Origin: a virus
Length of the DNA stretch: 64,000 nucleotides
Virus record (IMG/VR): IMGVR_UViG_3300037420_001136
Coordinates: 27,891 to 91,890 of that record
Strand: one strand, 5' to 3'
Shown one piece after another: positions 46,289-53,047 of the stretch. The first letter of the stretch is position 1, and the number at the start of each line of letters is the position of its first letter. The notes beneath the pieces were generated by a model. The model was not told the DNA's origin, did not search any database, and was given only the letters and a program-made list of their open reading frames with translations. A program made the translations under genes and the position numbers.

Positions 46289-46564
46289 ATGGGTTCAATG
46301 CGTTTCATGTCCACGATGGACGGTCGCCCGCCGAAGCTCTTCAGCTTCGACTCGTCTCCTGGTCACGCGATTGCGGTCGCGCTCGGCGATCTGGACGAGA
46401 AGTCCTACCAGAGCGAGCTCAAGGAAGTCCTTCCCGACGGCGAGGAGGTCTATGAGATCCGTATGCGTCGCGCGCAGACCGACGTCAATCCCGGCCCCCA
46501 TCCGCTCTGCAAGGTGGGAGTAATCCACTACAAGCAGCCGTCGTACATGAGCAATCTGCGCTAG
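46289..46564 (+). CDS. Hypothetical protein
   Basis: Operon context. Confidence 0.55.
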   Translation: MGSMRFMSTMDGRPPKLFSFDSSPGHAIAVALGDLDEKSYQSELKEVLPDGEEVYEIRMRRAQTDVNPGPHPLCKVGVIHYKQPSYMSNLR

Positions 46565-46590
46565 GCGCTGGAGGAAGGCCGCGCTATTCT
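46562..46590 (+). promoter_or_regulatory. sigma70-like promoter with spacer GA
   Basis: TAGGCG-ctgGA(17)-TATTCT. Confidence 0.55.
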
Positions 46591-46616
46591 GAAGGGGTAA
46601 GGCAAAGGAGGCGGTT

Positions 46617-46841
46617 ATGTTTCTGCAGTCCTTCCGACCCCCTCGCGGGGTCAGTCGGCAGCCCGTTCCAAATCAGAGGGCGCGCTGGGCGTTCCTGTGC
46701 GGCATCGGACCGCTGGAGAATCCGTATCCAGTCGGCTCGGCCGAGGCTATTGCCTGGACGGCCAACTGGTTCCAGGAGAAGCAAGACATGGACGAGATGA
46801 TCATCGCTCTGTGTCACGAGAGAGGGAGGTTAGGCAAATGA
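46617..46841 (+). CDS. Hypothetical protein
   Basis: AAGGAGG RBS. Confidence 0.6.
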   Translation: MFLQSFRPPRGVSRQPVPNQRARWAFLCGIGPLENPYPVGSAEAIAWTANWFQEKQDMDEMIIALCHERGRLGK

Positions 46842-47566
46842 GCGAGAAGAGCAAGGCGGATTTGGAGCGCGTCAAGCGCGTAATCCAGGCTCTGCAAGCC
46901 AAGACGCAGGACAACGGCTGCACGGAGGAGGAGGCGCTCGCCGCCGCCGAGAAGCTCGGTCAGCTGCTGGAGGAGCACAACCTCAACATCGACGAGGTCG
47001 GCGTCCGTGACGAGACGGCTGAGTGTCGCAAGAACGAGGTCTTCGCGGCTGACGACTTCGCCGGTACGCTGGTGGTCGGCATCAAGCACTTCTGCGGCAT
47101 CATCGCTTACCGCGAGCACGGCTCGGGTCACGCGGGCAAGTACGTGTTCTTCGGCACGGCGCACGACGTGGAGATCGCTCTGTATCTCTACGAGATTTGC
47201 GCCGAGGCGATGGACAACGACTGGCAGTCCTTCATGGACAGGCACGGCTACTCCATGAAGAAGCGTATGTCGTTCCGCGCTGGCTTCGCGCATCGCGTGT
47301 ACGATCGCCTGATGCAGATGAAGCGCGAGCGCGACGAGCGTAGTCGCAAGGCGACCGGAACGGCGCTAATGGTCCTCAAGGATCAGCTCGTAACCGAGGC
47401 GTTCCAGCGTCAGCTCGGCATCAAGCTGGTGAAGTCTCGCGAAAGTCGCAATATGGCGGCAGATCCCAACGCGTACCGCGAGGGTATGGCGGCCGGAGCT
47501 CGCGTCAATCTTAACAATCCGCTCGGTAATCCGGCCGGGAACAATCAGGCTTTGGCGGGCGACTGA
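46838..47566 (+). CDS. DUF2786-domain protein
   Basis: RVIQALQAKT.DNGCTEEEALAAAEK..QLL..HNL N-terminus; SF..GFA.R...RL; AYREG.AAG..V.L. Confidence 0.8.
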   Translation: MSEKSKADLERVKRVIQALQAKTQDNGCTEEEALAAAEKLGQLLEEHNLNIDEVGVRDETAECRKNEVFAADDFAGTLVVGIKHFCGIIAYREHGSGHAGKYVFFGTAHDVEIALYLYEICAEAMDNDWQSFMDRHGYSMKKRMSFRAGFAHRVYDRLMQMKRERDERSRKATGTALMVLKDQLVTEAFQRQLGIKLVKSRESRNMAADPNAYREGMAAGARVNLNNPLGNPAGNNQALAGD

Positions 47567-47580
47567 TGCGCGGGTACAGT
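47552..47580 (+). promoter_or_regulatory. sigma70-like promoter with spacer GA
   Basis: TTGGCG-ggcGA(17)-TACAGT. Confidence 0.65.
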
Positions 47581-47607
47581 GGGGCATTGGCAGCAGGAGA
47601 ATAGTCA

Positions 47608-47958
47608 ATGCCCCGCTCAGTTCTCACGCCCGAAATGATCGCCCATGCAGACTCAGTCTACGCTAAGGCGGGCTTTGTTCCTCGCCGCAAGGGTCAGCGC
47701 TACCCTGCGCTCGCGTGGGGCCTCTGCGACTTCTACGATCAACAGGGTCGGGCGCACAAGACAGTCGCCAATCCAGTCATCTCTCTGGTGGAGTATCTCG
47801 GCACCTTTCAGGGCTGGGATCATTACGGCAGCATCACCACCTACCGCGCCTTCGCGGTTCGTCTCAAGGATGGGTCGGTGGTCGCTGGGTACAGCCGTGA
47901 CGAAGACTCCTACGTGCTGTGTCAGCATCAGGGCTACCTCCGCAACCGCCCGAGTTAA
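47608..47958 (+). CDS. Hypothetical protein
   Basis: AGGAG RBS. Confidence 0.6.
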   Translation: MPRSVLTPEMIAHADSVYAKAGFVPRRKGQRYPALAWGLCDFYDQQGRAHKTVANPVISLVEYLGTFQGWDHYGSITTYRAFAVRLKDGSVVAGYSRDEDSYVLCQHQGYLRNRPS

Positions 47959-47983
47959 AAGGCGGTAATCATGACCACCTAGG

Positions 47984-48012
47984 TTGTAGCTTGACCCAAT
48001 CTGGTGTATAAG
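47984..48012 (+). promoter_or_regulatory. sigma70-like promoter with spacer GA
   Basis: TTGTAG-cttGA(17)-TATAAG. Confidence 0.6.
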
Positions 48013-48051
48013 TTGTCTGTTGGGTACAGGGGCAACTGAAGGAGCACCCAC

Positions 48052-48270
48052 ATGACGCAGTTCAGTAGAGACGGTCTAGTAGTCGCACGACACCCCGGAT
48101 CGAGGCTCTTCCTCGCAGGAGGAGTAAGGTCTCATCCGGCCTTCGAGGGTCCGTCCGAGCGGACCATCTTCTTCAAGAGCGAGACGGCTGAGGCAGAGCT
48201 CAAGGCGATGCACATCCCGCCGAGCTCCGTGGAACTAGTCGGCGCCAAGCTCTCGCTCGCGATCGGCTGA
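48052..48270 (+). CDS. Hypothetical protein
   Basis: AAGGAG RBS. Confidence 0.6.
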   Translation: MTQFSRDGLVVARHPGSRLFLAGGVRSHPAFEGPSERTIFFKSETAEAELKAMHIPPSSVELVGAKLSLAIG

Positions 48271-48377
48271 GGCCCGTCTGGACTAGTCTCGGGGGCATAG
48301 CTAGTCCAGGCCCGGAGGCGGCGGTGACGGACCCACCTCCCTCGTCTCACCGCCGCCTCGCAGGGATCAGTCCACCG

Positions 48378-48406
48378 TGGTGCCACGACTAAAGCGACTG
48401 TATGCT
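48378..48406 (+). promoter_or_regulatory. sigma70-like promoter with spacer GA (weak -35)
   Basis: TGGTGC-cacGA(17)-TATGCT then GTAAGGGTAGGC. Confidence 0.55.
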
Positions 48407-48435
48407 GTAAGGGTAGGCAGCAACAGGAGTCGCAC

Positions 48436-48807
48436 GTGGCACAGCAGTTCAAACAACGCTCCGATCTTCTTCTCGCCGTCCAGGACGTCTTGGATCCCGA
48501 CGGCACTACGCAGGCGCCTGAGTTCACAGCCATCGCTTACGCCGTCAACTCCCTCAAGATGGACGTTGCGTACACCATGTTCGACGATCAGGTTGACGTG
48601 ATGCCCGCCTGCTTTGAGATGCTACCCGAGGAGGTATGCTCCTCGTGGTCGGGCTCGGCCGAGAAGTCGCTCGGTTACGGCGGCTGCGCGATTCTGCGGA
48701 CCCAGCATGGCAACGGTCTTCGCGTGTGGCTAGGTGGCTCGCATCTCGCCTCCGCCACGGGCTTCGTCATTCTGCCGTCCGCTTGCGTAGAGGTACTCGG
48801 TCTGTAG
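48436..48807 (+). CDS. Hypothetical protein
   Basis: AGGAG RBS. Confidence 0.6.
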   Translation: MAQQFKQRSDLLLAVQDVLDPDGTTQAPEFTAIAYAVNSLKMDVAYTMFDDQVDVMPACFEMLPEEVCSSWSGSAEKSLGYGGCAILRTQHGNGLRVWLGGSHLASATGFVILPSACVEVLGL

Positions 48808-48821
48808 CGATCAGTCCGTAC

Positions 48822-48850
48822 TTGCGCTTTGAGCAAAGGCGTGGCAGAGT
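48822..48850 (+). promoter_or_regulatory. sigma70-like promoter with spacer GA
   Basis: TTGCGC-tttGA(17)-CAGAGT. Confidence 0.55.
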
Positions 48851-48883
48851 TCTTGTGTTGGTTGCATCAAGGAGGAACGCCCC

Positions 48884-49165
48884 ATGCCAAGTCAATTTCC
48901 GCAGATGTTCGGTGCGCCGCAACCCTCGTTCGAGCTCGTCGGGCAGGACGGCAGCATCGAGGTCTCGCGCACGTCGATGTTCACGCGGCAGCGGAACACG
49001 ATGCGTCTACCGATAACTCGCGAGCAGTTCGGTCGCTGGCAGGCCGGAGCGTTGATCCAGGACGCGTTCCCGCATCTCACGCCCGACCAGCGCGAGTTCA
49101 TTCAAACGGGCGCGACGCCCGAGGAGTGGGCGAAGGTGTTCCCGCCCGAGGAGGAAGACGAATGA
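48884..49165 (+). CDS. Conserved-type phage hypothetical protein
   Basis: W..GALIQDAFPHLTPDQREFI.TG.TPEEW...F pattern; AAGGAGG RBS. Confidence 0.75.
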   Translation: MPSQFPQMFGAPQPSFELVGQDGSIEVSRTSMFTRQRNTMRLPITREQFGRWQAGALIQDAFPHLTPDQREFIQTGATPEEWAKVFPPEEEDE

Positions 49166-49485
49166 TTACGCTTCTCGCACTCGCCGTAGCGGCGGCAGCG
49201 TCTCCCACGACGACGCTTCTCTGCCAGACGTCCGGCTTTCAGGACGTCACGCTCTCGCTCAACGAGCAGCGAGGAGAGGCCTCCTGGGAGGTTCCCTCTC
49301 GCGGGACGTCGGGAGTCTCGCCGGCTGTCTTCGCTCCCTCCACCGTCGTGATCGAGGGAGCCGCGACGAGAGTGGTGGATCGTAGCACGCTGGACTATAC
49401 CGTCGGTGCGATGCAATACGGTCAGTTCATTCCGTTCTCTCGCGGCCACTGCACGGTCGTCTCCGCTCCGGAGCGTAAGTTCTAG
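49162..49485 (+). CDS. Small exported protein
   Basis: MITLLALAVAAAA signal peptide; paired Cys. Confidence 0.6.
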   Translation: MITLLALAVAAAASPTTTLLCQTSGFQDVTLSLNEQRGEASWEVPSRGTSGVSPAVFAPSTVVIEGAATRVVDRSTLDYTVGAMQYGQFIPFSRGHCTVVSAPERKF

Positions 49486-49497
49486 AGCAGTCCACGC

Positions 49498-49526
49498 TTG
49501 GCGCGCGACGGAAGCCACCGCATACT
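49498..49526 (+). promoter_or_regulatory. sigma70-like promoter with spacer GA
   Basis: TTGGCG-cgcGA(17)-CATACT then GCAAGGGTAGGC. Confidence 0.7.
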
Positions 49527-49765
49527 GCAAGGGTAGGCGGCAGTAGGAGTTAGGGCCGTGTTTCTCTGTACCATCGGGTGTGTCTGACAGGTCGCCCGCC
49601 CAAAAGTCAGCCGAGGGATGGCGGTGCGCGTCCATCTCCCGCAGCGGGCGCTATGTCCGCTCAGGCATTCCGCGAGTCAATCGCTGCTGCCGTCCGGACG
49701 CGGCTCAACGTCCGGCTTCGCAAGCCGTGGTTCTCACCACGGTTTCCGTTGAGAAAGGGGAAGAT

Positions 49766-49999
49766 ATGATTGGCGAGGCAATACGGGCGGAACTCCGCCG
49801 CCCGCTGGAGGGAGACCGTCGCTTCGTCCACACCACGCAGGTCGCGTCGTGGGACAGGGCGGGGTACTTCGTCGTCCGGCATCATCCGGAGCACATCGCA
49901 GCCGTTCTGGCCGAGAAGGCTCGCATCCGCGTCCAGGAGGACGTCGCGGCGTACCGTCGTCTGCTGACGCTGGAGCGCAACATGCGGTTGTTCGGCTGA
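49766..49999 (+). CDS. Hypothetical protein
   Basis: AAGGGG RBS. Confidence 0.5.
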   Translation: MIGEAIRAELRRPLEGDRRFVHTTQVASWDRAGYFVVRHHPEHIAAVLAEKARIRVQEDVAAYRRLLTLERNMRLFG

Positions 50000-50094
50000 T
50001 GTGCAGGGCAGCGAAGATCTTACTCTGCGTCGCGTGGGTCTTGGCGTGCTGCCTCCTGGTGCTCGTCGTCGGCCCAGGATAGAGGCGTCCGCGC

Positions 50095-50123
50095 TTGCGC
50101 GCCGAGAAGCCCGAGCGTATCCT
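50095..50123 (+). promoter_or_regulatory. sigma70-like promoter with spacer GA
   Basis: TTGCGC-gccGA(17)-TATCCT then GCAAGGGTAGC. Confidence 0.7.
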
Positions 50124-50151
50124 GCAAGGGTAGCAAGCAAAGGAGCTCACA

Positions 50152-50496
50152 ATGCACCTAGTTGATCGCCCCGCCATCGGCGAGGTCAACGGTCTGCCCT
50201 ACGGCACGGGCGTGGCGTACCACGATCAGTGGCGCGACGCTCGCACGGTGGACTGGGCCGAGCCTCACCTCAGGGTAGTCCGGTTCCGGCTGCTCAGCGA
50301 TCCGGGCCTTCCGTTCTGGGACGTCTCGTACTGTCTGGGCGTCCTGGCTCACACGGACGAGCACGTTCGCGTGGAGTTGCCGTTCAGTCAGCTTCCCAAG
50401 CGCGGCTGGAAGCGAGCCGTTGTCGAGCACGCGATTCGCGACGGAGTCCACGCTGCTCGGCTCGGCATGTTCGACAACGCGAGCACTCTCTGCTAG
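50152..50496 (+). CDS. Hypothetical protein
   Basis: RLLSDPG.PFWDVSYC.G...V.LPF.QL; AAGGAG RBS. Confidence 0.7.
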   Translation: MHLVDRPAIGEVNGLPYGTGVAYHDQWRDARTVDWAEPHLRVVRFRLLSDPGLPFWDVSYCLGVLAHTDEHVRVELPFSQLPKRGWKRAVVEHAIRDGVHAARLGMFDNASTLC

Positions 50497-50506
50497 GAGA
50501 AGTCCA

Positions 50507-50752
50507 ATGCTAGAACCTCAGTGGCAGCACGACTGTAGCGGCTGCATCTTCCTCGGCCAAGTCGGGAGCAAGGACGTCTGGCAGTGCGACGGGATCGACT
50601 TGATCCTCCGTCACGGGTCGTCGCCGGAGGAGAACGCATCTCTGCCGGTGGACATCGTTCGCCTGCATCGCCGTCACATTCCGGAGTGGAACATGGCACT
50701 TCAGCTCTTCGACGCCTACATGCTCGGTCGCGAGCGGGCGCTGGTTCGGTAG
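50507..50752 (+). CDS. Hypothetical protein
   Basis: P.W.HDC..C.FLG....DVW.C; AGGAG RBS. Confidence 0.65.
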   Translation: MLEPQWQHDCSGCIFLGQVGSKDVWQCDGIDLILRHGSSPEENASLPVDIVRLHRRHIPEWNMALQLFDAYMLGRERALVR

Positions 50753-50762
50753 GGAGGTAGGA

Positions 50763-50981
50763 ATGACTCAGGGTATATTCCACGTGACGCTCCGCGGCGA
50801 GGACGGATCCATCTTCACTCGCGAGTTCAGCGGATCGCCGGAGTACATTCTGGAGAAAGCTCGAGAGCTCTGGCCAGAGGCCGAGGTTCTGGATTGGTTC
50901 GACCCCGTGGAGAGGGAGGAGGAGATCTATCGTCGCGTCTGTCGGCGTATGGACGACGAGGACGTTTACCACGACGACTAG
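50763..50981 (+). CDS. Hypothetical protein
   Basis: GGAGG RBS. Confidence 0.6.
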   Translation: MTQGIFHVTLRGEDGSIFTREFSGSPEYILEKARELWPEAEVLDWFDPVEREEEIYRRVCRRMDDEDVYHDD

Positions 50982-50994
50982 GATCAGTCTGCGC

Positions 50995-51023
50995 TAGGTG
51001 CGCGAGCAGGATCGAGGCATACT
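50995..51023 (+). promoter_or_regulatory. sigma70-like promoter with spacer GA (weak -35)
   Basis: TAGGTG-cgcGA(17)-CATACT then GCAAGGGTAGGC. Confidence 0.6.
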
Positions 51024-51053
51024 GCAAGGGTAGGCAGTAAAAGGACTTGGGCC

Positions 51054-51371
51054 ATGTCGGCACCTCAAGAGCTCATTGATTTACTCCGCGCCAGCAACGT
51101 GCCGGTCTTCGTAAAGACCGACAACTACGTGCCCGCGCACATCGGCCTCGTCCCAGGGTCGCGCACAATCGGGGACGATTGGGACGAAGAGCGTATGCGC
51201 GACTATCTGTACGGCGAGGCGTCCCTCAACAATCGCGGCGGCTACGCTCAGCGCGGCTACGTCATGATCTTCTTGGGCGACGCCAAGTATCACTCATGGG
51301 TGCGCGCCTATCGCGTCACGTTCACAGGCGACGTCGCCACTGGCTCTTATCTCTGGGAAAGGATTGACTAA
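51054..51371 (+). CDS. Hypothetical protein
   Basis: AAGGA RBS. Confidence 0.6.
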   Translation: MSAPQELIDLLRASNVPVFVKTDNYVPAHIGLVPGSRTIGDDWDEERMRDYLYGEASLNNRGGYAQRGYVMIFLGDAKYHSWVRAYRVTFTGDVATGSYLWERID

Positions 51372-51649
51372 TGCGTACGATCACTCACAGCAACGGTCTC
51401 ATGTTCTTCGTCGGCATCGTCGCGCTCGCCAGCGGATTTCTGCTCGGCTCGCGCGTCGCGCCTCAGCCGCTCAACAGCGAGCTCGCCGACGCTCAGGTCG
51501 TCGCACAGAACCGCGACGTGCGCTGGATTGCCTACGGCTGCGAGGGCAACTCCACGATCATCGCCCGCGACATGCCGGACGTCATGCAGTGCCGCGAGGC
51601 TCGCCGGCTGAGCGAGGTTCAGTCGTTCGGCGTTCCTCCGCGGTACTGA
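51371..51649 (+). CDS. Small membrane-anchored protein
   Basis: N-terminal TM; TAATG coupling. Confidence 0.55.
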   Translation: MRTITHSNGLMFFVGIVALASGFLLGSRVAPQPLNSELADAQVVAQNRDVRWIAYGCEGNSTIIARDMPDVMQCREARRLSEVQSFGVPPRY

Positions 51650-51800
51650 GTCGCTCGTCGTTTGACGGGACGGATCTGATATACGATCAGCTCCGTCCTC
51701 ATCTCGTCTCTCTGCGTCGTGATCACGTCCGGAGGTAGAGGGCGATCTGGACGAAGATCTAGGCGCTTCTCTGCACTCCTCTCGGCGTCCTTTTGCTGCG

Positions 51801-51838
51801 GCGCCAAACACTCGGTTCACCGCGCCAAACACTCGGTT
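51801..51838 (+). repeat. Tandem 17-bp direct repeat at the left edge of the island
   Basis: GCGCCAAACACTCGGTT at 51801 and 51822 (21-bp period). Confidence 0.85.
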
Positions 51839-51872
51839 TGCCGCAAATCTGGTCCGCGCCGCCGCGCCAAGG

Positions 51873-51901
51873 TTGCCATGCTGCCAAGGTGCGCGCATAT
51901 A
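51873..51901 (+). promoter_or_regulatory. sigma70-like island promoter (no GA)
   Basis: TTGCCA-17-CATATA. Confidence 0.65.
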
Positions 51902-51954
51902 CAGGCCAGCCGTTGCCATTGGGGCAGCGGCCAGCAAGCAAAGGTACAAACAAC

Positions 51955-52473
51955 ATGGCAAACCGTAACAACAGCAAAACCGCCGCCACTGCCAACGCCA
52001 AGGTAGCGCCCGCCTTGCGCGCCGCTGCCATTGTGGCGCGGCACGGCATGGCAGGGCAGGCGCGCGCCATTGCCGCTACTGGCGCAGCCGCCGCTAGCGC
52101 CAAGCGTTACAGCGCGCGCCTTGGCAGCCTTAACCCCGCATTTGCGGCCGCCACCTTTACGCTAACGCCACTTGGCAAACAGGCAGTGGCGGCCAACGGT
52201 TGTATTGGCAGCAAGGGCCAGCCAACAGTTATGGGCTTGTTTGCCGTAGCGTTGGCTAACGCCACAGCGGCCAACAATGGCGCGCCCGCCACAGGGCAGC
52301 AAGTTTGCTTGGCAATGCTTGGCAACCCGCAGCTTATGCAAGCTGCCTTGGCAACTAAGGCAGCAGGCACGCACCTAATACCCGCCAACACAACGGCAAT
52401 GGGCTGGGCGCAGGGCTATGTTAACGGCTTGTGCCGTAGCGCGCACGGCCTAGCCAAAAAGGCACTAGCCTAA
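51955..52473 (+). CDS. Island protein 1: 172 aa, Ala-rich, basic, no Asp/Glu
   Basis: GA-free SD AAAGGT 9 nt before ATG; TAA stop; MGWAQGYVN motif. Confidence 0.75.
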   Translation: MANRNNSKTAATANAKVAPALRAAAIVARHGMAGQARAIAATGAAAASAKRYSARLGSLNPAFAAATFTLTPLGKQAVAANGCIGSKGQPTVMGLFAVALANATAANNGAPATGQQVCLAMLGNPQLMQAALATKAAGTHLIPANTTAMGWAQGYVNGLCRSAHGLAKKALA

Positions 52474-52535
52474 CGCCTAGGGGCGCGGCTAACCGCCGCG
52501 CCCCAACCCGCCACACAAGCAAAAGGTAACGCAAC

Positions 52536-52769
52536 ATGTACACGCCAACACAAGCCAAGCCAGCCGCCGCGCCAACCCGCGCAAGCTACATGCGCGCCGC
52601 CCTGTACCATTACGCGCCCGCGCCCTATGCGCCGCGCCGTTACGGCAAGGTGCGCAGTATGGCCGCAATGCTGGCAAGCTATAGCCCCAAGGTACGCCAA
52701 GCTTACATGGCGCGGCAGTGGGCGCGCATTGCCAACGGCCAAGCGCCTAATTGGCCGCGCAAAAGCTAG
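52536..52769 (+). CDS. Island protein 2: 77 aa, Ala/Arg/Tyr-rich, no Asp/Glu
   Basis: Leader AAGCAAAAGGTAACGCAAC resembles that of protein 1; TAG stop; terminator follows. Confidence 0.7.
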   Translation: MYTPTQAKPAAAPTRASYMRAALYHYAPAPYAPRRYGKVRSMAAMLASYSPKVRQAYMARQWARIANGQAPNWPRKS

Positions 52770-52802
52770 GCCGGTTTTAAGCGCCACACAGGGCCGCAAC
52801 CC

Positions 52803-52836
52803 GCGCCCGCTACCTAGGTAGCGGGCGCTTTGCTTT
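52803..52836 (+). terminator. Intrinsic terminator closing the island operon
   Basis: GCGCCCGCTAC-CTAG-GTAGCGGGCGC-TTTGCTTT. Confidence 0.8.
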
Positions 52837-52986
52837 GCGCCTGTACGTGCACGCTAGGTGGCATAGCGGCCAAGGCGCTATGGTACCTAGGCCCCATATA
52901 CCCCACGCCCACCACGCGGGCCTCAGTCACTGTAGGCGCAGAATTCTCTCGAAAATTCGAAGAATTCTCACTCCTCTCATCGTCAC

Positions 52987-53016
52987 TTGTCAACCGACCT
53001 CCCTCCATGCTACATC
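52987..53016 (+). promoter_or_regulatory. sigma70-like promoter with spacer GA (portal)
   Basis: TTGTCA-accGA(18)-TACATC. Confidence 0.55.
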
Positions 53017-53047
53017 GGCCCCTAACCCTTAGACTGGGACATTCAGC

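Larger units (their letters stand above)
51855..52923. other. GA/TC-dinucleotide-free island
   Basis: Read base by base: no GA or TC between TC at 51853-54 and TC at 52923-24. Confidence 0.95.

Noticed and set aside
49540-49650. Riboswitch or hammerhead in the leader after promoter 49498
   Set aside because: Short hairpins and a 9-codon ORF are present, but no consensus (CUGAnGA/GAAA or known aptamer) could be matched
51801-51838. Possible mini-CRISPR array
   Set aside because: Only two 17-bp copies with a 4-bp gap; no spacers or cas genes
51793-51954. Extended 226-aa start of island protein 1 given by the ORF track
   Set aside because: It runs across the repeat and promoter; ATG 51955 has the SD-like leader shared with protein 2
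51855-52923. Island explained by horizontal transfer, low complexity or simple GATC/GANTC avoidance
   Set aside because: Foreign origin or Ala-richness cannot give zero GA/TC including non-coding parts and SD sites; avoiding 4-5-bp sites would not require losing every GA or all Asp/Glu. It also would not explain the fixed promoter GA
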